From contig JAYSWN010000063.1 in the NCBI GenBank assembly GCA_043718025.1, positions 1-37,002 of the forward strand: DNA of 37,002 bases. Direction: 5' to 3'. The notes under the pieces are model-generated. The model searched no databases. It was not told the origin of the DNA and worked only from the letters and a program-made list of their open reading frames with translations. A program made the translations under genes and the position numbers. This document shows positions 27,901-34,635 of this stretch, one piece after another. This DNA is from Pseudomonadota bacterium. GTDB taxonomy: Bacteria > Bdellovibrionota > FAC87 > UBA2466. Each line of letters starts with the position of its first letter. The first letter of the stretch is position 1.

Positions 27901-29259
27901 GAACGGAGTAGTAAATGGCTGGTTGCAGGTAGTTACCTTCTCGTAGGTAATTAAAAAGCTATCGTGCACGCCCGGGGCAGCCGTGCTAACGGAGCCGATA
28001 CCGACGTTTAACATAGACAAAGCTTCATTTGCATCCCCGGTTGCTCGACGGACGTAAATAATTCCCGCGAAGCCTTTGGTAATCTCAAACTTCTTGGTTT
28101 GAATACTTCTATCGACTCGGTTTTCTTCGACCAAACTTGTGGTTTTCCTAACAGCCCGGACTACAAAATGAGTAACGGTATTCGATGGCAAATTAATAAT
28201 TCTTACGCTCGTTTGGCTTGCGTCTACTAATATCCCCCTTGCTGGATCTGAAATGAGTGGAACGCTGACGTTGTTCACAACGATGGGTTTGAGGCTCGTG
28301 ATTCCAAGTTGGTTATAGTAAGCCGGAAACGACACCGGAACGGTAAATACATTGGCCAAAGCCGCGCCAAGTCCCCGGTCAGACGCGGAAAAGACCTGGT
28401 AACCTGAAATCGTGTCCAGATTCAGAGCATTATTCCAAGAAAGCGTTCCTTCACTTAATCCCTCTTTTCCGGAAGCCACCGCGGCTACTTTTAGGCCTTC
28501 GAACACCGGAAAGTTTAAGCCCACCAATAGAGAATCGGACCGTAATATCGTGTTGCTATCGTTCTGGCCCGAATCCCGCGCCCGCACCATAAACTGTTCC
28601 GTGCCTTCACCTTTAGTCTGAACACGCATTGAAAGGTTGACCGTCGTGCCCAACAAAAATAATTGACGAGAATCGCTGACCACGCGGTATACGGAATAAA
28701 CGCAATTTAAAGGAACATTACTATTTAAGTCACGGCAGGTTTCCCAGCGAGCGGTATAGAAATTGTCTGAAGCCGCGGCCAAGTCTTTGATACCGTCGAA
28801 CTTCACCACGTTGCCAACGCCCTCTTCCTGCAAAACCACGTAGGCGTAGTCGTGATACACTTTCGTTCCTTTTTGCGCGCTCACCCCAAAATACCAAGGG
28901 CCACCGGCGGCGGGCACCGTGACTTCATAAGAAGTATTAGGAGTGGTGAAAGAGGTGGTAGACCAAAGGCCATCTAAATTATTTGACGTGTGTCCAATGT
29001 AGGTAAGTGCCGAGGAAGACGAGCCGGCCGGTTTCAACCACTTACAGATCCACACTTTTTCGGTTTGATCGTAGGCATTGGGATTTGATTTTGGGGTGCA
29101 CGCTGTTCCAGTGGGGCCAACGTTAGAGCTGCTGCTAAAGTTTAGTGCGCTACCACTACAGCCGGTGATCGAAAGCAGAATCGCAAAGGCGATGGCGGCG
29201 CGAACGCGATGGCCGCGGGCCAGCCTAAGTCGAAGCGAATTAAAATAAAAGTTACTCAT
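21937..29259 (-). CDS. Giant surface lipoprotein (2440 aa): FN3/Ig-like beta-sandwich array plus two FGE-sulfatase/C-type-lectin-fold domains
   Basis: Lipobox ITGC at Cys34. Recurring P.F.G[LI] starts and F.VRA/Y.F.VQA strands. First CLec domain RLPTQEEW...GNMREWV...GFRC; second, degenerate CLec domain RPVTTAEQ...GVYDATTNYHE...GG..W...GRC. Confidence 0.8.
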   Translation of the reverse strand: MSNFYFNSLRLRLARGHRVRAAIAFAILLSITGCSGSALNFSSSSNVGPTGTACTPKSNPNAYDQTEKVWICKWLKPAGSSSSALTYIGHTSNNLDGLWSTTSFTTPNTSYEVTVPAAGGPWYFGVSAQKGTKVYHDYAYVVLQEEGVGNVVKFDGIKDLAAASDNFYTARWETCRDLNSNVPLNCVYSVYRVVSDSRQLFLLGTTVNLSMRVQTKGEGTEQFMVRARDSGQNDSNTILRSDSLLVGLNFPVFEGLKVAAVASGKEGLSEGTLSWNNALNLDTISGYQVFSASDRGLGAALANVFTVPVSFPAYYNQLGITSLKPIVVNNVSVPLISDPARGILVDASQTSVRIINLPSNTVTHFVVRAVRKTTSLVEENRVDRSIQTKKFEITKGFAGIIYVRRATGDANEALSMLNVGIGSVSTAAPGVHDSFLITYEKVTTCNQPFTTPFTPIVVSNPAATDYRVVGLEDGQLYKFKVQARLVNDGNGDVLLSDNVQYMCERVGANPPVFAGLTNVTPNLGPPLTSGFTRMTITFGPATGHNGFRVYATPQASTPNPLCVAREFAFNIAAVDQVVLTGLVAECSYRFQMIACYHPNSSGNCNLANPLIAGDTGPLSGRVRSTIPEWPDGNIISIVANSETSATITYATPTRIGATYDRFIVYHSDEPLPPGPKAALDGPTGEATLHSSNYYAVISNNSAMVGGTLPDPTLKWTDPNILRTPAQHCWVIQPALMVGGFPIILSKTAPLAVCKNMVVEPITQFSGAIKARRAPGAAGFSKVLVTYNQVRSNHLGAANHSFIEYTCADSDLSFPDCYGYSQAKFSTCPNAALVKRSYEPVIVTGPGETPVEVPKTVAIENALGVNNIPENKPIYCIVASINNRNAVNGVATEKFFNAGNGAGSQPVVAATDKAPDPAQGAGVTKVEAASAKAIQLTVEMPATVVDNVNGGLFSHLVVAVDRSLSNSPQTAVNLFSNLTTNGFAPGSRVSIAGRDVISTLTAALSPTGLFARSDYDILDGDQYVFRSVDTNTKSILRFQFSGGNANINGLNPTSVKSVPIYIDGLKTNEQVCVAAKVVYMDDLLPDGTNSNSHFLEKETNVVGWCVTPTAVAPLFPVAEESDDPLNPATAGIRLDSAGYALKLEVTNLATMQASFDEWHFLLPGVPPVSINQCKKTQVALFSKRPTLGQNETDDDFAERLFALTPVLDRVEMKTFNCQLSERESFFRIGADEDINPDGLFPVRYGKYFVVARAYTEASPNLSRGSRRISNDGQLAYLSPKPPSATDLVSIKTNDGPGSILGCDAGSNFTNCYDSTLPPRVPGEKYTARLTIKPPPEADAAYPKYLNKVYIWREYGDSALGVQEGDVRNNLNAKAALKANRTGPEVAPDIVIDREATFPANYSENGGTFEFLDKNVLAADSRSGFTCYLVKVVYADSDGRYLSGASTALNPVGINPSAESGNVRCVNPSYVAPTPAFGVSNIGSTIVASGTCPDGTAKLRLIINSGGLTNVNVDFFHVYYSPVPPAAANSTEIANTFRTSLPAWQVIPRDDVNFDPNSRVTGSILVGCAGKTVSSGYFHVRTTFAPSPIASTNLKYNTATYAVNSNQTNYVYVPPSITKLSYGFFMMSVEAKVTGTLGNPSVTTTEPNLLSCNNNFHNFSLGSGYQPALNGCGTFGSMGTVESNPGQIPSNVKWAQAWAACRNSSRADFRMRLPTQEEWRRANQWAADTYSDQASDSDLYPGKGCNFSGGVVGSGLSLGCQSVAQVLDGAGNMREWVDARVISQSMTAFTRTVGNPAQVRYLDAYNTAGRMLDNGIDRLTPIFRRFDAPYSAALLMGSGFSDSSPFTQQKDYNTQSWIDQDSGADLPTNAGFRCIAFSPQTIIPALGLELPEETRYAHDPVTPALGDTPTIGGVAVAKTDWTVPKNRYMRIAADNFGDYRFERISIPSSPSASGGAITITWAPWEKSCGATCSANFKYYVYRMQEPVAKDERLNPTWAVAGSRYSIGVSKPLDPLAVNSNLSSAWTPLTGGPLTASSICNGSGPYKCSYIDNLSSTDARTAWIYVIVAEDEVGNRLAPQVQRFRTPHLTGRPLYLKFNDSRQSSFRMEPRLRRVSLALLDTTLTTLGKPTQRMSWVPMHLSGLDHDYYISSYELSAYAGVVNDVSHEGPASTVGLSYFWRADASTCYERYLRTGLIDVTCNNGGTSLKVQSVPAVTPISEQDFGSYVAGCMNSNVTDADTTQNDYRMRPVTTAEQNTAGDWGDFDFNDIVDKNDFAWPTLVGSSARTYETSGGNCTEGTFTLSPAGAKIKCRSMYGVYDATTNYHERSADKYYQDYGLDNGIDGMGLAGLEKALVGQRGFNVGNNDTRWDLYNLSPTNGVNGVPNPQNPAARLDNPYTTQAGIFTSLLGGSNWYGTSYTGTFYQFYYFTYYRNNITSGRCAF

Positions 29260-29315
29260 ATTCCCTACACCTAACGTTCAACTGTAGGCGTTACACACGC
29301 CATACTTCGGGATCT

Positions 29316-29343
29316 TTATCGGTGCTTGCGGTCCACAATCTGA
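29316..29343 (-). promoter_or_regulatory. Putative sigma28 (FliA) promoter of the giant lipoprotein gene
   Basis: Minus strand TCAG-N16-ACCGATAA against the consensus TAAA-N15-GCCGATAA, 56 nt upstream of the ATG. Confidence 0.5.
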
Positions 29344-29453
29344 TGAAGCAACTATGAAAAATTATGAACTAAAAAACGCAATGCACCGCATTAGATTTAT
29401 CTTAGCAAAGGGCACTCGATTTGGGGGAATGGATAGGGGCAAGTAGCTAGGAT

Positions 29454-30116
29454 TTATAGATAAAAACGGTAAGAAAGCAAAATTGCTGTCCGTTTACAAG
29501 TCACTTGGGGGGCGGTGGCCGGGAGAGTCAGCATGTCGGTAAAAAACTCGAATGCTATCGCCGATTTCTCGCCGATATCCTGTCTAAATTGTATACCAAC
29601 CATGGCTTCAAACGTATGGCCGCTGATTTTTACAAAGAGTTCTTTATCGGCAACGTCAAACATGGTGTAGCCCACGCGCGCGATAAGCGAGAAGTTGTAG
29701 GGGTTTTTGCGTTCGAAACGCACGAACCCCAAATCTTGTTTGGTGCGGCGCGCGCCCCCCATTAGGTGATGCGCCACCGTTGCATAAATGCCCTTTTCGG
29801 CAAGCAGACTATTTACAAAATCGCCTACCAAGGCGAGCTCGAGACCAAGGGTGGTCTTTTGATCGACATCGAAATTGGCGCCAATAATGAGTGGGTTTCC
29901 GGCGTAGCCGCTAATGGTAGCGCCGGGGCTCTCCTGCCCTTCGAGGTTACTGGGGTTTTGTTGCACCACGCCCGTGGTCATACCGAACTTAAGACTGATA
30001 TCCATTTCGGATTTTTCAGGCGCACTGTTGCTACCGTTATTACTATTTTCCGCCCTCACCGTTAGCGACGATAAACAGAGCAGCAGCGCAAAAAAAATGT
30101 AGCTAATTTTGAACAT
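29454..30116 (-). CDS. Predicted small outer-membrane beta-barrel protein
   Basis: Signal peptide (cleavage after VRA), alternating amphipathic strands and an aromatic C-terminal strand LSYRFYL. Confidence 0.6.
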   Translation of the reverse strand: MFKISYIFFALLLCLSSLTVRAENSNNGSNSAPEKSEMDISLKFGMTTGVVQQNPSNLEGQESPGATISGYAGNPLIIGANFDVDQKTTLGLELALVGDFVNSLLAEKGIYATVAHHLMGGARRTKQDLGFVRFERKNPYNFSLIARVGYTMFDVADKELFVKISGHTFEAMVGIQFRQDIGEKSAIAFEFFTDMLTLPATAPQVTCKRTAILLSYRFYL

Positions 30117-30143
30117 CGAACCTTTTGAAAGTGGAACTAAGAG

Positions 30144-30713
30144 CTACTGCACCATGCGGAGCAGCTCACCGATTTCGGCGTCTTCAGGATCTAATGAGCG
30201 GGCTTTATTAAAGGCCAAGCGAGCCTGATCTCGCTTACCCTCCTGATAAAAAGCTAAGCCGGTAATAATGAGCGGCGCCGCCAAAGTGGCGTCCACATCG
30301 GCCGCCTTTTGCGCTAGCTCTTTAGCCAGGCGAAGGTCTTTGGCCGAAAGCGCCTGGTAGGCCTTCATTATAAGCCGCACCGGGCGATTGTTGTTCTTGT
30401 CGTTTACCTGGCAGGCAGAAAGCTGCCGCACCTTCACGTCAATTCGGCGGGCACTATCATCGGGGGGAAACCAATATTGTGAAGATTTTCCTGCCGCACC
30501 GATCCGAACCGCCTTTCCTACCAATTTGTCGCTGGTGGCCACAAAAGGATTGGTGCTGGGCGCACTGCTTCCTTCTGGATTATCGAGTGGCACCACAGTT
30601 ATGACGCTGCCCGGCTCAGAAGAAGAAAACGTAATCGTGCGTTCGCCTCCGCAGCCAGGCAGGACAAGCCAAGTCAGCCCTAGGGCTATCGCAAAATTTG
30701 TTTTGTTTTTCAT
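30144..30713 (-). CDS. Lipoprotein with PEGA-like N-domain and C-terminal TPR repeats
   Basis: Lipobox LPGC, a short beta-rich segment (ITFSSSEPGSVI), then TPR pattern GLAFYQEGKRDQARLAFNKARSLDPED. Confidence 0.75.
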   Translation of the reverse strand: MKNKTNFAIALGLTWLVLPGCGGERTITFSSSEPGSVITVVPLDNPEGSSAPSTNPFVATSDKLVGKAVRIGAAGKSSQYWFPPDDSARRIDVKVRQLSACQVNDKNNNRPVRLIMKAYQALSAKDLRLAKELAQKAADVDATLAAPLIITGLAFYQEGKRDQARLAFNKARSLDPEDAEIGELLRMVQ

Positions 30714-30727
30714 GAATTAAAAAGGTT

Positions 30728-30754
30728 TCAGCTATTTAGATTTTATCCCGAAAA
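30728..30754 (+). promoter_or_regulatory. Putative sigma28 (FliA) promoter of the rotor-stator operon
   Basis: TCAG-N15-CCCGAAAA, with the same TCAG -35 as the site at 29316-29343. Confidence 0.4.
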
Positions 30755-30772
30755 GAAGTCTGAAGCCATCCC

Positions 30773-30788
30773 AGGGGAATAGTCCCCT
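30773..30788 (+). other. GC-rich hairpin in the predicted 5' leader
   Basis: AGGGGA-ATAG-TCCCCT, a perfect 6-bp stem ending 19 nt before ATG 30808. Confidence 0.35.
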
Positions 30789-30807
30789 CTGTGGTGGCTC
30801 GGACTAT

Positions 30808-32949
30808 ATGACTGTATCACCTCACATCCTTGCGTGGGTCCGCCTACGTTGTGCACTGGCACTTAGCCTCGCTGCACTTCTTGGCGCCTCCTCATCCCAC
30901 GCTGAAGCCAATCGAAGACCACCTCCACGTGCTCCAGGAAACCTAGGCCAACCTCAAGCCGGACGACCAGTCGCGCCCAATGCGCGAGCTCCCGGCGGGT
31001 CTGAAGGTGGAGTAAATGCTGGTGCATTACTGTCGCGCACCTACGAAGAAAAAGCCCGTGAAATTCTTGAGCGGTATCTACCGCAAAAAGAATTTCAAGT
31101 GATTGCCAATGTCACTCACAACGGGCGTCCGATCCCGAGAGCGCCGTACGAGCCAAAAACGCTCACTCCCGGGTCGTCACTAAACCTCACCCCTGACGAG
31201 CTGGCGCCGTACGTATCACGCATCGTGATCGAGATAGCGCTGGCCAATCGACTCAATTCGGCCAAGCGCCGAATTGAGGAGCTGCTAAACCGCGGCTTGA
31301 AACTGCAAAAACCACGGGGCGATACCGTAACCTACTCGCCGCTGGGCATCGAGCTCGAGACCGATGACTGGAAAAAAGAAAAGCTCGATCTCAAACGTGA
31401 GATGGAAGTCATCAAATCAGAAAACACTCGCCTCAATCAAGAGATGGGGCAAAAAGGGCGCGGCGACAAAGGCGGCGGAGCGCCGGCCGGTGATTCCGAC
31501 CCCGGCAAACTCTCCAACCAACCCTGGTTCCTGCCGGCCCTGGTTGGCGGCGCCTGCTTTATTTTACTTATCGGGCTACTCGGCATTGGCCGCGGCTTCT
31601 TCTCCGCTGGAAAAAACCTCGGCGAAGCGGTGACGAATGTGGCCGGAGCGTTAGAACGTTTAGGCGGCAGCCTCGCGGCCGGCCTTACGGGCGGTTCCGC
31701 GGCCGCTCAAGAGATGAAGTTGATGGGCGGTGAAGGCTTCGGAGGTAGCAACGGAAAAGGCTTGGCTAACCTGCCGATGGAAGCCATTCACGCGCATCTA
31801 CTAAAATTGCGCAACGAACTTTTGGATAACATGACCGAAGGCGCGCAAAGCGTTATTTTAAAGCACATCAGCAAACTGCTTTCATTCCCCGAAACGACGC
31901 CCAAGGCTATCGTCACCCTTGAACTGCTGGGCCGTGAAACCGCCACCGAAATGTTTAAACGTCTAAGCATACGTTCACAAGAGGCCATCATGGTCTTTCT
32001 TCGCGGCGGCATGGGGGCCGGCAATAAGATCGAAATGATGCTCGATGCGGCCGAAGATTTAAAGACCAAGCTCTTGATGGAAGGGTTTGAAAGCGTTCGC
32101 GGCAAGCCGTCCGAACGAATCTCGCAAAAATTAATTCAGATCAGCGACGACGAACTGGTTCAGGTGGCGCTCGAGATGGACGGAGAATCGTTGCCGCGCT
32201 TATTCCTCTATTTAGACCCGCAAAAGATCTCGGCCATCTTCAACGCAATGAAGCGCTTGAACCCCGACCGGTTCCAAGGCGCGCTAACCTCTTTGCCAAA
32301 ATTACCCGAGGCCTCGGCGACCGAAGCTTTTGACGACAACATCGTCGTGGCGCTCGACTCAATCATCGCCAAAATGAAGGGCGACATGCAGCGGCCATTC
32401 CTCAAGGTCTACCAAGACATTGTGGAATTAACCGACTCCGAAGTCAGCGAACAATTGGTGCGCGAACTCTCCACCGATCCGCGCATCGAAGAATTTTTGC
32501 GCATGAACGTAATCACTTTCAACACCTTCTATGTACTGACCACGGAACTGCGTAACGCCCTCATCGATGGCCTGAGCAATAAAGACATTGCCGCCTTGTC
32601 GTTCGGCGCCCGCGAAGAAGACCGCGACCTCGTATTGGCCGGAGTCGCCGACCGACGCAAAGAGATGGTCAAAGAAGAATTTGAAAGCATGGAGGCTCGG
32701 GGCGCACAAGCCGCCGCTCCGGCCGTAAAGAAAGCACGCGAGTTGGTACTGACCAAGATTAAGGCCATGAAGGTCGACGGCACTCTAGTCACCGCCAAGA
32801 GCGATGACGCTCGCAGTCAAAAGAAAAGCGGCGAAAACGCCGAAACGGGATCTGAAGAGTCACCAGTTTCTCAAGAAGGAGAGACCGGAGCCGAAGACGA
32901 AAATTTAGCCGTGAGCGATGAATCGGAAGACAAACAAGATGCAGCTTAA
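30808..32949 (+). CDS. Putative FliF(ring domain)-TM-FliG fusion rotor protein
   Basis: Signal-like N-terminus. aa ~79-177 resemble FliF RBM3 (YEEKAREIL..., RIVIEIAL, GLKLQKPRGDTV). TM at ~240-261. FliG_N-like KAIVTLELLGRETATEMFKRLS, FliG_M-like LFLYLDPQKISAIF and FliG_C-like TF...LSNKDIAALSFGAREEDRDLVL...RRKEMVKEEF. Confidence 0.75.
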   Translation: MTVSPHILAWVRLRCALALSLAALLGASSSHAEANRRPPPRAPGNLGQPQAGRPVAPNARAPGGSEGGVNAGALLSRTYEEKAREILERYLPQKEFQVIANVTHNGRPIPRAPYEPKTLTPGSSLNLTPDELAPYVSRIVIEIALANRLNSAKRRIEELLNRGLKLQKPRGDTVTYSPLGIELETDDWKKEKLDLKREMEVIKSENTRLNQEMGQKGRGDKGGGAPAGDSDPGKLSNQPWFLPALVGGACFILLIGLLGIGRGFFSAGKNLGEAVTNVAGALERLGGSLAAGLTGGSAAAQEMKLMGGEGFGGSNGKGLANLPMEAIHAHLLKLRNELLDNMTEGAQSVILKHISKLLSFPETTPKAIVTLELLGRETATEMFKRLSIRSQEAIMVFLRGGMGAGNKIEMMLDAAEDLKTKLLMEGFESVRGKPSERISQKLIQISDDELVQVALEMDGESLPRLFLYLDPQKISAIFNAMKRLNPDRFQGALTSLPKLPEASATEAFDDNIVVALDSIIAKMKGDMQRPFLKVYQDIVELTDSEVSEQLVRELSTDPRIEEFLRMNVITFNTFYVLTTELRNALIDGLSNKDIAALSFGAREEDRDLVLAGVADRRKEMVKEEFESMEARGAQAAAPAVKKARELVLTKIKAMKVDGTLVTAKSDDARSQKKSGENAETGSEESPVSQEGETGAEDENLAVSDESEDKQDAA

Positions 32950-32964
32950 GACGGGAAACAAGTT

Positions 32965-33786
32965 ATGAATTTTTCATCATTTATAGGATTTGCCCTGGCG
33001 GGTACCGTATTCGGTGCGGCGCTAATGACCTCGTCAAAAAATTACATGGTCTTCTTTGACGCCCACGCCATTCTGATCGTGATTGGCGGCACCATCTCAG
33101 CAAGCTGCATCTGCTTTCCGGTTCCCAAAGTGCTCAGCATGGTCAAAGTATTCCTACGCCGGATCCTGGGCGGAGGAAAACGAGATTACCTGGTGATTAT
33201 CGATGAAATTGTCGCCCTTGCCGCAGCTAACCGCCGCGGTAAACAGGCGTTCGAAGGCGCCGTTCAAAAGGTGAAAGATCCTTTTCTAAAAGACGCCGCC
33301 CAAGTTCTGTTTTGGCTAGATGCTGAAATCTCTAAAGAGGAGCTGCGCGATTTACTCGAAACCCGCGCCTCCACGGTCTTCGAACGTTACTCGAGCGAGG
33401 CCAATATCTTTAGGGTGATGTCAAAATTTCCGCCCGCGTTCGGCCTATTGGGAACCACGCTGGGTATGATTGCCCTGCTCCAGAGCTTGGGCAATGCCGA
33501 TGCAAAAAACTCAATCGGCCCATCGATGTCGATCGCGTTGGTAGCCACGCTGTACGGCATCGTATTCGCCAACTTTGTATTTGTTCCCATCGCCGAAAAC
33601 CTGACGGCGCAGACCAAAGAAGACTTGGTGTCCCGGCGCATTGTCGTGGAAGGCGTCATGCTTATTGCTGACGATAAGCCCACGGCGTTCGTCGAAGAAA
33701 AAATTAAATCATTTATCCTTCCTGGCGAGCGAGGCAAGCGCGGGGCAGTCAATCGCCCGCCGGCGAAAACAGCGAAGGCGGCTTAA
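32965..33786 (+). CDS. motA: MotA/PomA-family stator A subunit
   Basis: ILIVIGGT, cytoplasmic NRRGKQAFE and DPFLK, PPAFGLLGTTLGMI, IGPSMSIALVATLYG and ANFVFVPIA motifs. Confidence 0.93.
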   Translation: MNFSSFIGFALAGTVFGAALMTSSKNYMVFFDAHAILIVIGGTISASCICFPVPKVLSMVKVFLRRILGGGKRDYLVIIDEIVALAAANRRGKQAFEGAVQKVKDPFLKDAAQVLFWLDAEISKEELRDLLETRASTVFERYSSEANIFRVMSKFPPAFGLLGTTLGMIALLQSLGNADAKNSIGPSMSIALVATLYGIVFANFVFVPIAENLTAQTKEDLVSRRIVVEGVMLIADDKPTAFVEEKIKSFILPGERGKRGAVNRPPAKTAKAA

Positions 33787-33795
33787 GTAGAAATT

Positions 33796-34635
33796 ATGGG
33801 TCATCACTCAAAAATGATTGGCGCAGCACACGGCGAGCACGCTGAAGAAGGCGAAGCGTGGCTGGTCTCCTATGCCGACATGATGACTCTGCTATTTGGC
33901 TTCTTCGTCATCATGTATTCCATGTCGGCAACGGATGACAAAAAGATGGCGGCCATCGGCAAAGAAATAGCCGAGCAGTTTAAAGGCAAGACCGACAAAA
34001 CCAACACCGACACCGGAATTTTAATGGAAGCGCGCCAGATACGCGCCCTACAAATGCTCGTGGCTCTGCTCAATCTTGGCGACAATGTCGAGAAGGCGGT
34101 TGAAACCATCGAAAAGATTGTAGCCGCCACCAAAGATATAGAAGCGGCTAAAAAAATCTTGCTCAAGGATATTAAGGGCAAAGACAAAGTGGTTGAAGAG
34201 CTCCGTATGAATATTCTGGAGCGTGACGATGCGGTCGAACTTTCCTTACCCGACACGATGCTTTTTGAATCCGGCGGCGCCGAACTAAAAGCCAGCGCCA
34301 AATCCGGCTTGCGAAAGATCGTTGGCTACCTCAACCGGATTAAAGGCATGACGGGACTGGAGATCGTGGGTCACACCGATTCTCTACCGCCTTCTCGCGC
34401 TTCGAAATACCCGAGCAACTATTCGCTGTCGGCGGCGCGTGCCGGAGCGGTGACGGAAGAATTTATTAAGATGGGGCTCAATCCCAAGGGCGTTATCACC
34501 AGGGGCATGGCGAATTTGCAACCGCTCTTCCCCGAGCGACGCGCCGACAAAACATTGATCACTGAGAACCTTGCCAAGAATCGGCGAGTGAGCATTCTCA
34601 TAAAAAAGAAACACGTAAATGACTCAGTCAAATAA
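33796..34635 (+). CDS. motB: MotB/PomB-family stator B subunit with OmpA-like peptidoglycan-binding domain
   Basis: WLVSYADMMTLLFGFF (ion-binding Asp), LFESGGAEL, GHTD, NYSLSAARA and NRRV motifs. Confidence 0.93.
   Translation: MGHHSKMIGAAHGEHAEEGEAWLVSYADMMTLLFGFFVIMYSMSATDDKKMAAIGKEIAEQFKGKTDKTNTDTGILMEARQIRALQMLVALLNLGDNVEKAVETIEKIVAATKDIEAAKKILLKDIKGKDKVVEELRMNILERDDAVELSLPDTMLFESGGAELKASAKSGLRKIVGYLNRIKGMTGLEIVGHTDSLPPSRASKYPSNYSLSAARAGAVTEEFIKMGLNPKGVITRGMANLQPLFPERRADKTLITENLAKNRRVSILIKKKHVNDSVK

Noticed and set aside
30808..34635. Ordinary flagellar fliF-fliG or motAB operon
   Set aside because: The FliF-like and FliG-like parts are fused and reduced, EHPQ is absent and no other flagellar genes flank them. 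A flagellar role is not formally excluded without the rest of the genome.
32965..34635. Zorya (ZorAB), ExbBD/TolQR or Agl motor
   Set aside because: The A subunit is 273 aa with flagellar-type motifs and no long ZorA tail, the B subunit has MotB TM and OmpA-like motifs, and a FliG-like partner is adjacent. The coupling ion could not be called.
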